A stretch of DNA of 64,000 nucleotides from Chrysomallon squamiferum. Lineage: Eukaryota; Animalia; Mollusca. A program made the translations under genes and the position numbers. The notes under the pieces were generated by a model. That model worked only from the letters and a program-made list of their open reading frames with translations. It did no database searches and was not told the origin of the DNA. Location of the stretch: assembly GCA_012295275.1 (NCBI GenBank), contig CM022679.1, positions 16,864,001 through 16,928,000 on the forward strand, given 5' to 3'. Shown piece by piece: positions 1 through 15,700 of the stretch; position 1 is the stretch's first letter, and each line of letters begins with the position of its first letter.

Positions 1-3000
1 ATGATGCTGATGCAGGTGATGATGGGATTCTTATCTTCTTGCCAGATGCTAAATAATTGATACATTGTTTGTTAGTTTTAAATTACAGTTTATTGGAGAA
101 AATGTTACACAGATAATAAAATATTTTAGCAGAGATTTAAGAAAGTCATTTCTCAGATATTATTATTATTAAACTATTTATTAAAACTTAAGTTCTTAAA
201 TATTTCAGCTAGGAACAAGGCCAGGGTTCCCCTGTAAGGCTATGCAAAGTATACATTCTTATAATTTTTCTAATAATCAGTTAAAATGTGTGTGTTGAGT
301 TACTGAATAACTCCATGGACTAACATCTGAGGTTTAATATTGTAATGAATTAAAGTGTTGTTAAGTCATAGGTTTCCTGACTTGAAAGAAAATCTGCCTG
401 AATTACTCTTACCAGTTAAAGCACACACCACAGCCTTTTATAAATCAGTTACTGGCAGTGACTGGGATTATTTGTTTTAATCAAGCAGTTCTCAAATGTT
501 TTATCTGGAATATCTACAGAGTTTTGTTAATGTATATCATATCTATCTATGAGTACCATGTTGAAAAATAAAAGAGAAATTTGATTATGAAAATAATTTT
601 CACCAATGGTTCTTGGAAACTCAGAGAAGTTCATGGACTATTCTGTGAGATCTGTGGTCTAATCAAACACTTACTTGTATCATATTTGTTTCTTGAACTG
701 TCAGCAAATCGAGACCAGTCTATTCCAGTCCACTGCTTGAGTTGTGTCAAGATGAAGGTAATAATCTCATAATCATTGGGCATCTTAGAGATGTTTGACC
801 GCACAACTGCAAATGAGTCATTAAGAATTGTCACAAACATGTTGATCAAAATAAGAATTATGAAAAAAATGTAGAGGATGAAGAACAGTGGTCCCAGAAT
901 CCTGTTGGATAGGTACAGCTCTCTGTACTGGTATTCTCCAAGAGCAAAGGAAAGCAGAGATTCCAATGTGTGCACAAAACTTCTGTAACCTTTGACCTGG
1001 GGACCAAATGCTGTGTAGCTGAAGCTTGCAAAAGCCATAACGACGACAATAAAGAGGATGCTGAAAGCACGGAGGTCAGAAGAAGCTTTGTGGAAGGTGG
1101 CCGAGAGCATTGTAATCTTTTTGTTGAATCGGAGAAGATGAATCATCTTGAGAATGGAGGTGAACATGACGACAGCCAACAAATAAGAAAAAAGTTCTTC
1201 CCACAAAGTTAGTCTTCGAAAATTCTGAAATTTATCTGTTAAAAAAAAAAAATAGTTTTTTATAAATATTATGTATTTATTGAGACACAATTATGGTATA
1301 TCTCTTTGGAGATGACATTAAACTACTGTGGAATTTGTAAAGAAAAAATAAAATAAAATGAAATAAATAAATAAATACCTGTCTTTTCAACTATACTGCT
1401 ATGTATATACAAATGCAGGATAAAAACAACAACTCACCTCTGAGTTTTACTACTTTTCTCACCAGGTATTCTGTAAGGATTTGGCGACCTACATACATGG
1501 CTAAAGCAACCAAAGAGGCTATGAGCAGTGCAAATTCCAGACCATTCCAAAACTGTTTAAAATAACCACATCTCTGCTTGATCAGTTTTTTCATTTCTCT
1601 TCCAAAGAAGTAAACTAAACACAAGGTATAGGAAGCATCAGTCAAGGCTACAACAATGCCGTATGCCCCGAGGTAGGGAAACAAGGTTAAAGTAGTGACC
1701 AGAATGTCCATGAGAATCAGTCCTACAGGATGGAGCTCAACACAGACCAGAACAGATGAGAATTTGTTGATGTTTTGGTTATACAGATTAAACTCGATAA
1801 ACACTGCCCGTGAGTATTCGTCAATCCACTGGTTTTCTCTGAGGTGTCTAAATGCTGATTCCACTCTCTGTCTTCCACCAATCAGATCTTTGACATACCC
1901 TCCACTAGGGTAGACCCCGAGTCTCCCTGTGTGGGGCACTCCACCACTGTCCTGATCTGTGAGGTAAAGCCAGGCCCAGTTATTTAACTGCTGAGTTGTT
2001 AGGTTGCGTTTCAGAGACAGCCAGCCTTCATCATATGTGTTTGTATCCATGCTATACCAAGACCATTCCAGTGTGCAGTGACTTATTTCATGTTCAAGGT
2101 ATGGATGGACTAAACATTTGTCTAAAAATTACAATATATAGTTAAAAAGTTGAAATTGAAGGGAAAAGCATTTTAAAAAATAAAAATAATTAATAATGAT
2201 AATTATTCTTATGGAAGAAAAAAAAAAAACCTTAAAGAAAAAAAAAGTAAATTAATGAAGAATAAATAAAATAAAATAAATAAGTAAATTTAAATAAACT
2301 GAAAATAATAAGATAAATGTTCTCAGTCTCTCTGCTTTACTTTAAACAAAATAATAATGATAAAACAAATAAAAAATAAAATAATAATTGACAAAAATGA
2401 AAATATTTATTCATATCAACTACCACTGTGAATTCTGTGTTGTCGGAGTCTGACAGGGCCTACCCTGTAGCCAGCCATGTTACCAACAATTCTAGTTTTG
2501 TCTGTATTGATGCTTTTATTAGCCTCATTTTTAGTCGGGTATAAAGTGTCAAGCATTCTGGTTTCCATCCAGTTCCAGAGATCTTCTGTGTTGTTGATCT
2601 GAATTAGAAACATTTCATAGATGTTAATGTAAAAAGTAATTCTAGAAATAATCTGTTATTAATCTGAAACACAAATCATCAAAAAGATTCTGACATTTGA
2701 GCAATCATTTCTTCTGTAACCTGAAATAAATCATTCCAGAGATCATCACAGTTCTTAATCTAAAATAGATTATCTTCTTTGTTAATCTGAAAGGGTTAAT
2801 TCTGGGTATTATCTAAACTATCATCAGTATTATTGACACAAAATTAATCAGTTTCCAAAATAACAATTTTGCTATTTTTTTGTTTTTTCTGTTCGTACTA
2901 CTATATATTATAACATTATTTCATGAGATACACACTGTTTTCCATGGTTTTGGTGCTATCATATTGATAATGTTTTGTTTTGTAAAGTAAACATTTGAAT

Positions 3001-6000
3001 CCCTGTTATGAATGGACATTAGAGCCAGCAGAGCCAGATAGAACAAGTAGAACAGAATTTCCTTGAGAACAGAGAACATCTGCATTTCCTTAAGGCGGTA
3101 CTCCCTGGCTGCAGCAAGACTGTGTCTGTCAATAGGGGGTGCTGCAGTGGCTGGACGTACAGCTGAAAAAAGAGTAAAGTTACAGAGAAATTTTGACTTA
3201 TAATACAACTTGGGCTTCTAATGGAATTTTGCTGGGAAAATAAAATGTATATGTTATGTATCATAAGTATATAAATGAAAAATTTGTTTTTATTTAAGGC
3301 AATTTAAATATGGGAAATGCAATTAAATTATGAGAGATAAGATTGTTAGGCAGGTGCATACGTGTCAGTGTTTGTGGTGTATGATTGAGTTTTACAATAT
3401 TATAAACACATTGTCCATCTTTTTAACAATCTTCCTCATAATTTTCAGTTGATCTTCAGAGTGTAATTCCTGGGAGAGGATCAAATGAAATAACTTAAAT
3501 TTTTAGCAAACACTATTCTGAGGAACCACATTTGTATGTTTCAGATAAACAACAGTTGTGGTAGTTTGGTATGTTATTAATTATTTGTTTTTCAGAGTTT
3601 TAGAAGTATTAGTTGTCTTACCTGTTGTAGGATTTTGATGAGTTAATTCTTCATCGTCATTTGGCAAGCTGATGTGAACATCATCAGCTCCAACCACTTC
3701 ATCCAGATCTGGTTTCCTCACCACCCACGACAACATGATGGCCAGAATTATTATCTGTATGAATTGTAAATTTTCTTTTTTAAAATATTAAAATATATAA
3801 ATGATCATGTCTTTAGACAGTATAAATTTATTACTTTCATTGGTTAGAAATAAAAATATGTTATTATCATCATCATTATTATTAATTGTAATTTTGTATG
3901 AAGCATCACTGATATTGATTTTGATTTAGAAAATGACTGAATTAATTTATAAATGTGAAATAATAAGATTAATAAAATTTTTACATTGCTGTACAATTTT
4001 AAATATTAAAAAAAACAAAAAAACACTAATAAATAATTTAACACATTTTTCTCACTTTAAATGGCTGAACCACAACAACAGATTCACCAACAGACAACAA
4101 CATTGATGTCAACCAAGCATTTGACTTTTCCTTTCCCCACTGCATGCTGTATGAAAATGTGAAGAATGACGACACTCCAACACTGACAAATATCATCAAC
4201 CATGCTACATAAACACACCAGAAAGGCAGCTGTCTACGTTTCTTCTTCACTTTCCCAGTTAGTGGAAACATGTCATCTTTACCTCTGTCCCCAGGCCCTG
4301 ACAGATAATGAAGAGATGGATCAGGTGACGTGACATCATGTTTTCTTACAGACTTATTTTCATTGTTTTTGTCATTAGCTGAATGTAATATTTCAGTATT
4401 TGACTTGATATTTTCTGCCAGGAATCCATTCTCAATTTTATTTGTAGTTTTGACTTTACTTCTGCGAAATATCTGATCAATGATAATGTTGTATGGCAGG
4501 ACAATAATGGTGCTTACAAAGCTGACATAGAGGGAGTTGAGAGAAAACTGGAATGGTCCAAAAGTCAGAGAATATGTCACGTTGACATCACCTTGAGATT
4601 TGTAAAACATGGCATCTGCCAACATGGTTGTGAGCAGCAGAGAAAGGATGCAGGACAGTCTCTGAACTCGAGTAAAGTTGCTTCTCAAAGGACGAGAGAA
4701 AATAGAAATCCAGAGATGAGAGTCTGTCAGAGATTTTGTGGTGTTGGAGAAGAAAAGATGATTGAATGTGATGACATCGCTGGTTCCTGCAACTGGCAGG
4801 ATCCTGTCTATCATACCATCACCTTCTTCCACTGCCAGCCACTGGTTACACATGAAGAAATAGCTAAAACAAATTTTTAGAAATAATAATTATTTCAAAT
4901 ATTAAATATACTTCACATATTGTTGTTGTTTTTTTCTTCTGGGGATTGTTTTATTTTATTATAATTTTCAGCATTTTTTAAAAAAAATTCTGTTCCAGCC
5001 ACAGGTTACACATTAAAAATTGGCTAAAATGACTTCTTTTTAGAAATTTAATATTTCAAATCTTAAATATACTGACTAAGATACGTTTCTTTTTTTCTCT
5101 CTCTTTTATTTTTTACTGAATTTTTTTTCACCTGTTGCATTTGTGATTGCAGGCTACTGGTTATATATGAACAAATAACTAAAATCATTTACATAAAAAA
5201 ATAATTAAATGTTAAGTATACTGCTAAGTTTGTTCAAAGTTTTTTCTATTTAATTTTTATTATTCTTTTGCTTTTTTTTTTTTTGCTTATGTTCTTCCAA
5301 TACCAGACATTGGTTACACATGAAAATATAACTAAAATTTTAAAATAATGTATCTTTAAAAAAAAGAAGAAAAAAAAAGTAAAATATTATATATTCTGAT
5401 TATTTTCTATTTAAATGCCAAGTATTACCAAAGACTTAAAATTCCACTATCTGTGTTGCTGCATGAGGTGTAATATAATTTTATTGACATTTCTTTAATA
5501 ATCTGCTCACCTGGCGCCTGTCTGTATGTCTGTCACTACAATCTTGTTCAGGTACCAGCCCTGATATTTTCCCTTTCCTGAGTTGTCATGCCAGATTCTC
5601 ATGTAAACGAGAGGACCAAGGCAGGCAGGAACACCAAGAACAAACTGCTGAACACTGCCTCGACTCAAAACCTATGTTAACAGTAATTCCAACAATAATT
5701 ATATTGATTAGTCAGGTTAATGAATTTTCTTTTCAAGCAGAATAATATATATATGTATATACTTTTTAATCTATTAATGAATATGTTAAGATTTCTTTAT
5801 TACTGATCATTTCTGAAATGCAATATTTTAAATTTAAATGGTGTAAATATTCTAAATGAATAATGTATATAGATCAGATGGTGTGGTACAAGCAACACTC
5901 ATTACTATATGTTATTTACTGTCGCACTTAATTTTCTTTTTAATAATGAAACTGATTTTATCTTGAAAACAATTTCCATGACAACAGTGATGTACATCTT

Positions 6001-9000
6001 TAGTTTGAAATCAGTGGTATGCTTCTGAATGTTAATAGAATTTAATTTCTTGTCCTAGATTGTTATTGTTTTTTTGATGTTATTATTTTTGATTATTGTT
6101 GTTGTTGTTGTTATTATTTCACCTTCTTTCCCTTTTCATCAGCCAAACCTCTTATTCCAGTGTCAGTGTTTTCTCCAGACAGTATAAACCCAACTTTAGA
6201 ATGAGTTCCTGCATGACTGCGCATGCCAGTGTACACAGAGAGAATGTAAAAATACTTGTCTGAGGTCACATTGTCAGCTAGAGGCACCATTCCCCACTGA
6301 AATAACAAAACAACAGTTTTTATCTTAGTGTCATTTATTAATTAAATTAAATCATATTTAATAGGATTGCAAAGTTCAACTCTAAATATAAGATTTAAAA
6401 AAATAATAATAATAAAATCAAATCAACTGAAATCAAATAAATAAATAAATAAATAATAAAACAAATTATAATTATGTATATATGTATGTACATAAATATC
6501 AGTTAATATAAGTTATCACTGCTCACATTTTTCCAAAGATACTTAGTAATACAAAAAAAAAGGTTGATCAACATTCACAATCACAAGAAAAGAATCTTTC
6601 TCAAATGTAAAAAGCAAAAAAAAAAAAAACGTGCTGAGACAATTACAAAGAAATAAAGGTGTCTGGAAATTATATGTAAACATGTCATGTAAATATTTCA
6701 AAATGTGCTTTATTTTAATTCTCAATTTTTCTCTGTCTCTTTAACTATTCCATTTAGAAAAGAGGTAGTTAACAAATATTAATCCATTCAACATTCACAA
6801 TAAAATATTTACCATGTAAAACAATTTCTAACCTTCTCAATATCTTTTTTGTCCATTCTTCTGGTCCACACAAGACCAATGAGATAGAGAAACGCAATGA
6901 CACACAGAGTGGCTAGGACTGCATTGTTATCCAGCAGTTTTTCATCAATGTCAACAAACACAGTGTTAAAGTCTATCTGATTGGGCAGAGGAAACACACC
7001 AGCGCCAAATGAAGTAAGATGGTTGCACAGGCATTCAGCATTTGAAGCGGTAGACTGAGCACTCACCTAGACTCATTGACAGAGATTTCTTCATTAATGA
7101 CCAAATGTTTTAGTATTTCAAATAAATGTCATGTAAATGATTTTATTTTTCTTTCATGTAAACAATTTTCAGAAGAAGATTTTTAACATGCAAGTATCTA
7201 ATTAAAACTTATTTTTATGCATTTATGCACAGATATGTTTAGCAAAAAATATAATATGATGTGATTTATTTATTTATTTATTTAATTATTTATTTTAAAT
7301 ATCTATGAAAATAGATGATTTATTTGGATTAACCTTTTACATGAAAATTGGAAGCAAAATAAATAAAAGTGTTACAGTTCTTCCCTTGCCTTGTTTAATT
7401 TTTTCTAAAATTTATTGTCTAGCTCTGTAATTCTCTTACATTTTAAATATCAAAGTAAATTTTACTGAATTTTCAGCTGAAAAAAGAAAATAAAAATTCC
7501 AAACATGAGGCAGTTTTTTAACACATGAAATAAAAATAAAAATACAGGTGACTATCACTCACAGAGCAGCCATCAGAAATCCATTTTCTAAGCCCCTCAT
7601 GCCAGAAACGACATCTGAATGTCAAGAAAGCGATGGTGTAGTGCAGTGTCACTGATGTTGTCTCCTCGTTGTCATAGTAATCACTGTAGTCAGGGACAAT
7701 GTCAGACTCATTCACTGGAAATCAATTAGAAATAAATTTAATAATCTGAAATAAACAGCAAAATATATTTTCAGTACAAACAACTGTGTTAGGACTTTAA
7801 GATGATGTCTGTAAAAGCAATGAAAATTAGTTTCTTGTTAATTGTTTATTTACTAATTTATTTATTTGTTGTTTTTGTTTTTTGTGCTTTTTTTATTCAT
7901 TATTGTTATTTTTATTATATTATATTATTTATTTATTTATTTATTGTTTATTTATTTAGTATTTTGTTATTATATGTTATGAAGTTCTTTGAGAACTGTT
8001 TTCAACAATATTTTATTTTTTATTATTATTATTATATTTTTTTATCGTTATTATAACAAGAGTTGTTTGTCAAAAACTTAATATAAGTATAGTATTCAAA
8101 ATGGTAATGAATAACTTGTACCATAAATAATATAAAAAGTAATGATAATAATAATAATAATATACTTTCTACAAGGATTTTCTAAAGACTCTACATTAAG
8201 TCATACAGGTGCCAAGAAATGTTTATATTGAACTTTGATAATCTTTCATTTCATTTACCTTTTTCTTTAATTCCAATGTAAAATGTTCCTGATCCCATGG
8301 ACTGAAGAAAAGTCTCATTAAGAAACAGAACAAATTTGTTCTTTGTCATAGTTGTGTTATCATCTTCTTCTGCGTTGACTGTCTGATAATAATCAAATTC
8401 ATTTTCTGATGGAAATTCTCTCTTCCTGATGTACACATCAATATTCTCTATATTTGGAGATGCATCAACAATAGAGATTTGTAATGCTTTAGCACCAACA
8501 TCACCATCATATTTATCATCATCAAAACCAGAAGCAGCAGCACTATCAGCCGAAGTCTGGTTCCAGGAATAGAAAGTGAAAGTAGTGTCCTGATTGACTG
8601 GATGCTGAACAAAGCTGACATCTGTAGGTATGGTGGAAGTGTTGATGTTGATAACTACAGGTTCAGAGAGGTTGTGCAGAGTGATGTCAGAGCCTTCAAA
8701 GTCATATAGGTTAAGGGAGACAACTGGTGAATTCACATGTTCAGCACTTTCATCAAGGAGATAAGGATTTGTTTTGAATGTGACAAGCTGAAAAGTTAAA
8801 TAAGGTGTTATAATGCATGCATTTGAAAATAAGAGAATTTTAATTTTTGAATGTTATAAATTTAAACCTGAAATATTAGTTATAGAAAATTATTATAAAA
8901 ATATGTTTTGCATATACACAAGTATATATATATATACACACACTCTGTCTCTTTCAGTCTCTCTCTCTGCAACAGAACAAACACAGACACACAAACATAC

Positions 9001-9624
9001 ATACAAACCAAGATACAACAGCACTAACTCTACCTTGATATCTATGAACTGTGAAGTGTAGTTGTCAGTGATGAAAGTTTCTGTGGGAGGGATGGTGAAA
9101 GATCCCTGTGCTCCAGATACCAGAGCTCTGCTCAGATTTGAAGTGTCTTTCTTTTCTGCCTGCACAGTGAACAGTTTGTTATCAAAGGTCAACACATCGT
9201 GTCCAGGTGCCTGACGTTTCAGCATCGTCTTTACAATGTCATCAGCCACTGTCAGTGCTTCTGTGATTAGAACATTAGCCTGAAATATGTATGTGTGTAA
9301 TATACTGAGTAATGCCCCACAGACCGTAATTGTCTTGTGTGTGTGTGTGTGTGTGTTTGTGTGTGAGTGTGTGTGTGTTTGATATGTGTATACATGAGTT
9401 ATAAATTGTATGTGTGTCTATATGTAGGCCTATATTTTGGAGTGTGTGCACATGTGTATTTGTATGGGTTATTGAAATTGTATTTAAAATATAAATATTA
9501 AAGTTTTAATATAATTTATTTTGCCATTAAGTACATTAGTATTGCAAAATTAATTGGATTTTTTGAATCATGGTAATGTCATATTTAATATATTGGGTGA
9601 TAATGATTTTTTTAAGCAAAGGTA

Positions 9625-9684
<60 letters not shown>

Positions 9685-12600
9685 TGCAGACAGAAACATA
9701 AATACAAACACACATAACATGATGCTGATATGTATGAGAAACAGCTGTTGTTACAGAAACCAGTGATGTTTGTACCTGATGTACATTGGTATTTTCAGTC
9801 AGAACACCTGAATCAAAAGAATCAATCAGAATTTTCTTTTTAACACTGTTCACCACAGATACAACAACATTGCTGACACTTGCTATTATATCTGAAACAA
9901 CCAATCATGTCAAAATTAATATTAAAATATTAAAACATTTAAAAAACCAAATGGAAAATAACAGATGAAAAATTATAAATCTTAGTACTACCCTATTACT
10001 ATATATTTTTTAAAGTTACTGTTAAATTAATTTATATTTGGCAGTAAATCATTATATGAAATGTATTTAATGATTATTATGAAGTTTGGAACATGTATAG
10101 AGAGGAAAACAGTTTTGAGGTAAATCATTATTGAGAAAATATTGTATATTTCAATATTAAAACTGTTTGTTTATAGATTAATCTTTATGAATAAAAAAAA
10201 CCATCACTGTATTTTGTTTTAATGAGGTTTATAATTAATATAAAAGAATTTGTTAAATAAATTAATAATTTAAAAAGATAAATTTTAATAATTCTAACCT
10301 TTTGCTGCATCATTTTCTTGTTCAGTGGAAGTTATCTTGGAATCAGTGTTTAATGACTTGAATGATTTTGCTATGTCAGTCATCTTAGAAACTGTTACAT
10401 TCTGAATTAATAACAATAAATCTTTAAAAAAAGGTCTGTTATTCAAACATAAATCAGTTATGATACTTTATCAAATCTGAAGTCTTTGTGGAATATGATG
10501 TTGATACAAACATCATGAAATTTAGCTTATCATAAAAAACAAGAAATAAACTGACTTTTTAAAAGCAACACAAATGTTTTGATAGCTTATTAATAAAATG
10601 CAAACAGCAGAAACAGATTTCAGGAAACTGTGATGCTGAAGTCTGTAAAAGCTGTAAACTCCTCTTTGAGAAATTTTATATAACCTGAAAATGGAGTTTG
10701 TTACTTGAGGCAGATTACAGAAAAAGTATTGACTTGTCTAAAACATTCAGGTTTATCTTAACATTTCTAATTCAAGAAGATCTTACAAAAATTATTAATT
10801 CATTAAAGAAAGATTGTGTTGTTTATTTTTGGTAAGATATCTTAAAATATGGAGGCATATTTTAATTGCTTGAAACTTGACAAAGACTAGTTAATAACAT
10901 CTCTGACTCTACAGTAGTACATGTATGAGACCCAGAAAGTACAGTTTGCTCTAGGACATTAATTTTTCATTTCACATGAGAAGTAAAACTAGAAGAATGC
11001 TGTTCCCTGTGTACCTCCCATTTCCAATCATTGTATGTAGAATTAAGGTGTTATAAAAGTGAATGATCAGTTTAAACAGACTGTGTTTGTTACCTGTGCT
11101 GACTCTGACAGTTCGTCTGTGTTTTCTGTGATTACTTTGAAAGCCAGTGCAGTCTGCTGAACTGAATCTAGAGTCAGAGAATCAGTGTCAGCCAGGATTT
11201 TTACCATTGTTGTACGAAGCTAAAAACAAAAGTGTAGAAGTCCCAAATACATTTTCATCAATACTGTGGAAACATGACAACCAGTTGAGTCTCAAATACT
11301 TTATCATTGTATTATGAAGCCAAACCAAAATAGTCTGAAATAAATTTGCATCATTGTTATACAAAATGCAATAATATCTGAGGTAATTTATCACATGATA
11401 CACACAGTTACAATCTACATATATAAACACCCATCGTGCTATTTTCCATTCCAACCACTGCCTCATAAACTGTTGTGAAAGACCATTGGTACAGCAAAAA
11501 GAAGACAGCTTGATCAATTAAAGTAGCTTGTGTAGTAGTAGTGCTAACAGCAAAAATTCTATCTAATGTTATCATTTGAAAACAGTTCATACAAAATATG
11601 CTGAAACAAAGAAAGAAAAGCATACATCTACCAAAAAAATCAGTTTAAAAATACTTTTTATTTTTTATTATTAAATTTATTATTTCTTCTTCTACTACTA
11701 CTATTGATATTACTATTATTATAATTATCATAATTATAATTATAACTATTACTGTCATCATCATCATCTTAGTATTATTATCATTATTATCATTAATATT
11801 ATTTATTTGTTTATTTATTTACTTATTTATTTATTTATATGGTAGAGGAAGAAAGCATTACACAAGCAGTTTAAGGGAACATTACCTCAGTGCGTTTCTC
11901 CAGTTCTTGTTTGTCAGTTTGTTTATCACTAGGTTGAGAGTCTGTCTCCTGCTCAGTCTCAGTCATATTCACTGTCTCATTGTCTGTCATCTTCTGTGAA
12001 GTATTTGACAATCTCATGTGTAAGTATTTCAATAACTTAATTATTTCTGGTAGCTTAACAAGTATACCAAGACTCACATATATTCAAACATATACTCATA
12101 TACACAAATACTAAAGAGATACAAATATATGTATATATATATATCACTAAACTGATACATATTTAATATGTACAATATGCTACTCAAATCTATAAACTAA
12201 ATAAAGAGATTTTTAAATGGCTTAATTACTTTTATTTATAGATGGAAAATAACTATCAAAAAAGATATAGTATAAAAAGGATGTACACACCTTAGATGAT
12301 TTAATATGCTTTTACACAACAGAACACATACACACACACACATAAAAGAAAACTATATCTCTACTTACATGTGTGAGGAGGGAAACCATGGCAATGGCCA
12401 TCTGTTTTGCTTCCTGATCTCTTCCAGAAGACAACATCAAACTGAGTTCACTGGAACTTCCTGTTGTCATGTTTAAGTAAACATCTACACTCTTTGGAAG
12501 AGGTGGTGGCTTAATCTGAAATAAAACATTTAGAAACAGCAGTGTTCATAATTCCTGTATTTTAACAACTCCTTAATGCCACAGAGTCATTTGGTAATAT

Positions 12601-12689
12601 TAAACTTTACTACTGCAGCAGTAGTAGTAGTAGTAGTATATTCATTGTTGTTATTATTATTATTATCATTCATTTTACTATATTATTAA

Positions 12690-12749
<60 letters not shown>

Positions 12750-15700
12750 CCATCATCATCATCATCATTATCATCATCATAGTCATTTGGTAATATTAAA
12801 ATTTAATTTTTCTTACCATTACTGCTGCTGCTGTTGTTACTATTATTATTATTGTTATAATTATAATACTCATGATCAACACAATTATTATTAGTAGTAG
12901 TAGTAGTAATAGTAGTAGCAGTAGCAGTATTAGTAGCAGTAGTAGCAGTAGCAGTAGTATACTATATTCATCATTGTTATTATTATTATTATTATTATTA
13001 TCATTATTATTATTAACAGTAGTAGTAGTTGTAGTATATTCATCATTGTTGTTATTATTATTATCTATCATCATCATTATTATATTAAGAATAATGTTAA
13101 AATTTCATGTTTTCAATATAAAGTAGTGTTTGTACCAACCTGAGCTTCTATCCACGTATCAACTGATTCACCAATAGGATTTGCTATCTGAATTCTCAGG
13201 TCAAACATGTAGTTGTGTTCTGGTCGGCCCAGAGGAAACTGAACTTTGGGAGTGTATGGATCAGTTCCATAATAAAGAAGCTGGAATTCTTTAGAGCCTC
13301 GAGGAATCACCCAGAATCTGTACAAAAGTCCTTGACCTTTTGCTTCTTCCTGTCCAGGATCCAGCCATTCTTTGCAGATTATTTTAAACCCTGTGTCCAA
13401 TGCATAACCTGAATTTATATTTTAGAAATATAGAAAATGGTGTATCTTTTTAAAAAAAATTTGTTATTATTATTTATATTAATAAATTAAATCATTTGAG
13501 AATATTAAAGTAATAAAAAATCCAAATCAAACCAATTTAAAATTGTTATTATGTTACCCTTACCAGTAGTTGGTTCAATAGCACATAAACCACCATATGG
13601 AGGCAGATTGGTTACAAATTCATATTCAGTCAAACTTGGAGCAAACCCATGAACTGTGGCATCAAGTCGAAGACGATATATCTGTCCACCAATAAGAGTC
13701 TTTGGCAGAAATACAATACTGGATGATCTATGACCTGATTTTAACATACTGTCAATGTCAGTAACATATTCAAAATGGCCACTTGTTTCATTCCTCATCA
13801 TCAGACTCCATGTATAATCTATTTTGTCCAGTGGATGACACTGGCCACAGATACTGAGAGAGCTGAACTGACCAGAAGGATTAACTTTGATGTTACAGTT
13901 TACTAAACACCTGTTAATATGACAAAAATATTACTGTAAGTTATATATCCCAGATTTTGTACTGAAACTAAATATCAGCTTAAACAATCATTAATTTAAA
14001 TTAAATCTAAAACTTAAAAAGTTAGACTCAAATGAATTTTTAATTTTCATATGGTGCTTAATAATGACCACTTTTCACCCAAAAATATGATTCAATTTGT
14101 ATAGTTTAATGAAAATTTAATATGAATGTAAAAATCAATGTATTTATTAAAGCAAAGTTTCTGGATATTTTATTTTTCAAGATTTAGGTTTTTAATTTTA
14201 CATTAATTTTATGTTTCTTACTAAAGGTTTGTTTTATTTTTTTATTTTTATTAATGCATATATTATTGTTTGTTGGCTTTTTTATTTGTTTATTTATTTA
14301 TTTATTTATTATTAAATTATCATAATTTTTAATGAGGATTCTTACTTGATGTTAAAATGAGGAGGATCTCCAGGAACTATGACAGTCATCTGATCAAAGT
14401 AGCTGACTCTGCGTTCTTTGTTTACTTCCAGTCTAAATATATTTCTTGATCCTAACATTAAAAGTCTTGTGTTAATTGATAAGATGCTTTCTGCTGAGTT
14501 TATTCTGCCTCCTCCATGACCAAAACATCCATTTGTGGAATTCCATAGACTCTCATTTACAGGAATATTGATCAGATTGTTTTTAAAAGCATCAAAAGAT
14601 TCCCCTTCTTGTCTGCAGTACCAGGTGTAAGTTAAGTTTGTCCTGGACAAGTCACTGGTCAAGTCAGGATCATAACTTTGTGAAAATCCATCTAGAACTA
14701 ACAGACTGTCATAACCGATAGATCTTGCCGAACCTCCAACTATTGTAGCCACCAGTGGGGTCTCTTCAATGGCTAGGTAGGTGAAGTCACTGTTATGGAG
14801 TCCAGGAACTGCTTTCATGGACACATTCAGAGTGATTTTGTATTCTCCAGGTGTAAATGAGCGAGGATAAAAGAGGATTTTGAATAGACCTGATGACACA
14901 GATTTGATTTGATAGGGTTTGAATTTGTAGTCCAAAACCTGACTGTCCATGTACATTTTTGAAATATTCCATACATAGTTAGCATCAGATGATATCTGAC
15001 AATCAATGTCCACACTGCTTTCCAAAATAATCTTGTCTGATCTTAATTTTTTAATTGGCATATCAGTTTGCTGGCCACCTCCAGTGATATGAACTACTGG
15101 ATAGTGGCAAGCAATGTCATTCACAACAGCTATTCCTGTTTTGGTTCCCATTGAAACTATATTTGTTCCTGTTACGGAAACATAAAAAGTTTGATTTGTT
15201 TGATAAATATGTGTATGGGTCAAGACAGAAGCAGACGACCAGGGTAGCAATACACTGTGGGACAAATCAAGTCCAATTTTACAGTGACTCTGTCCATATA
15301 CAACAAGGGAAGAATTATCTCCCATGTTCCATGCATAACAAGCTAATGTCCCTGGGCGACTAAGATAGAGAGAAAATTTAATTTTTACATAGGCAGCAGC
15401 AGGACCATCATTTTCCAGTTTGTGCATCAACAAGGTTTGATAACTGTTGAGAGTAAACTCTCTATAATCATAAAACAGTGCATTGGATGCATTAACAGAA
15501 ATAATCTGGATGCCTTCAGTCTGAAATTTGTATTCAGTGATATATAGCTGTGTTGTAGTTGAACTGCTGTTTCCAAACTTCCAGTGAAATGTCAGTCCAT
15601 TCCCAGAAACAACAGATGCTCTAAATATTAATGATCTTTCTAATGGGAAAATATCTTCATTCACTCCATATCCTGAATAAAGTTCATCACTGCTGTCAAG

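Noticed and set aside
11220-11623. Intronic ORFs within the REJ/GAIN region
   Set aside because: No recognisable homology or convincing splice pair; the flanking exons join in frame without them.
12796-13126. Poly-N/L/S/I ORFs on both strands
   Set aside because: Translation of intronic trinucleotide microsatellites.
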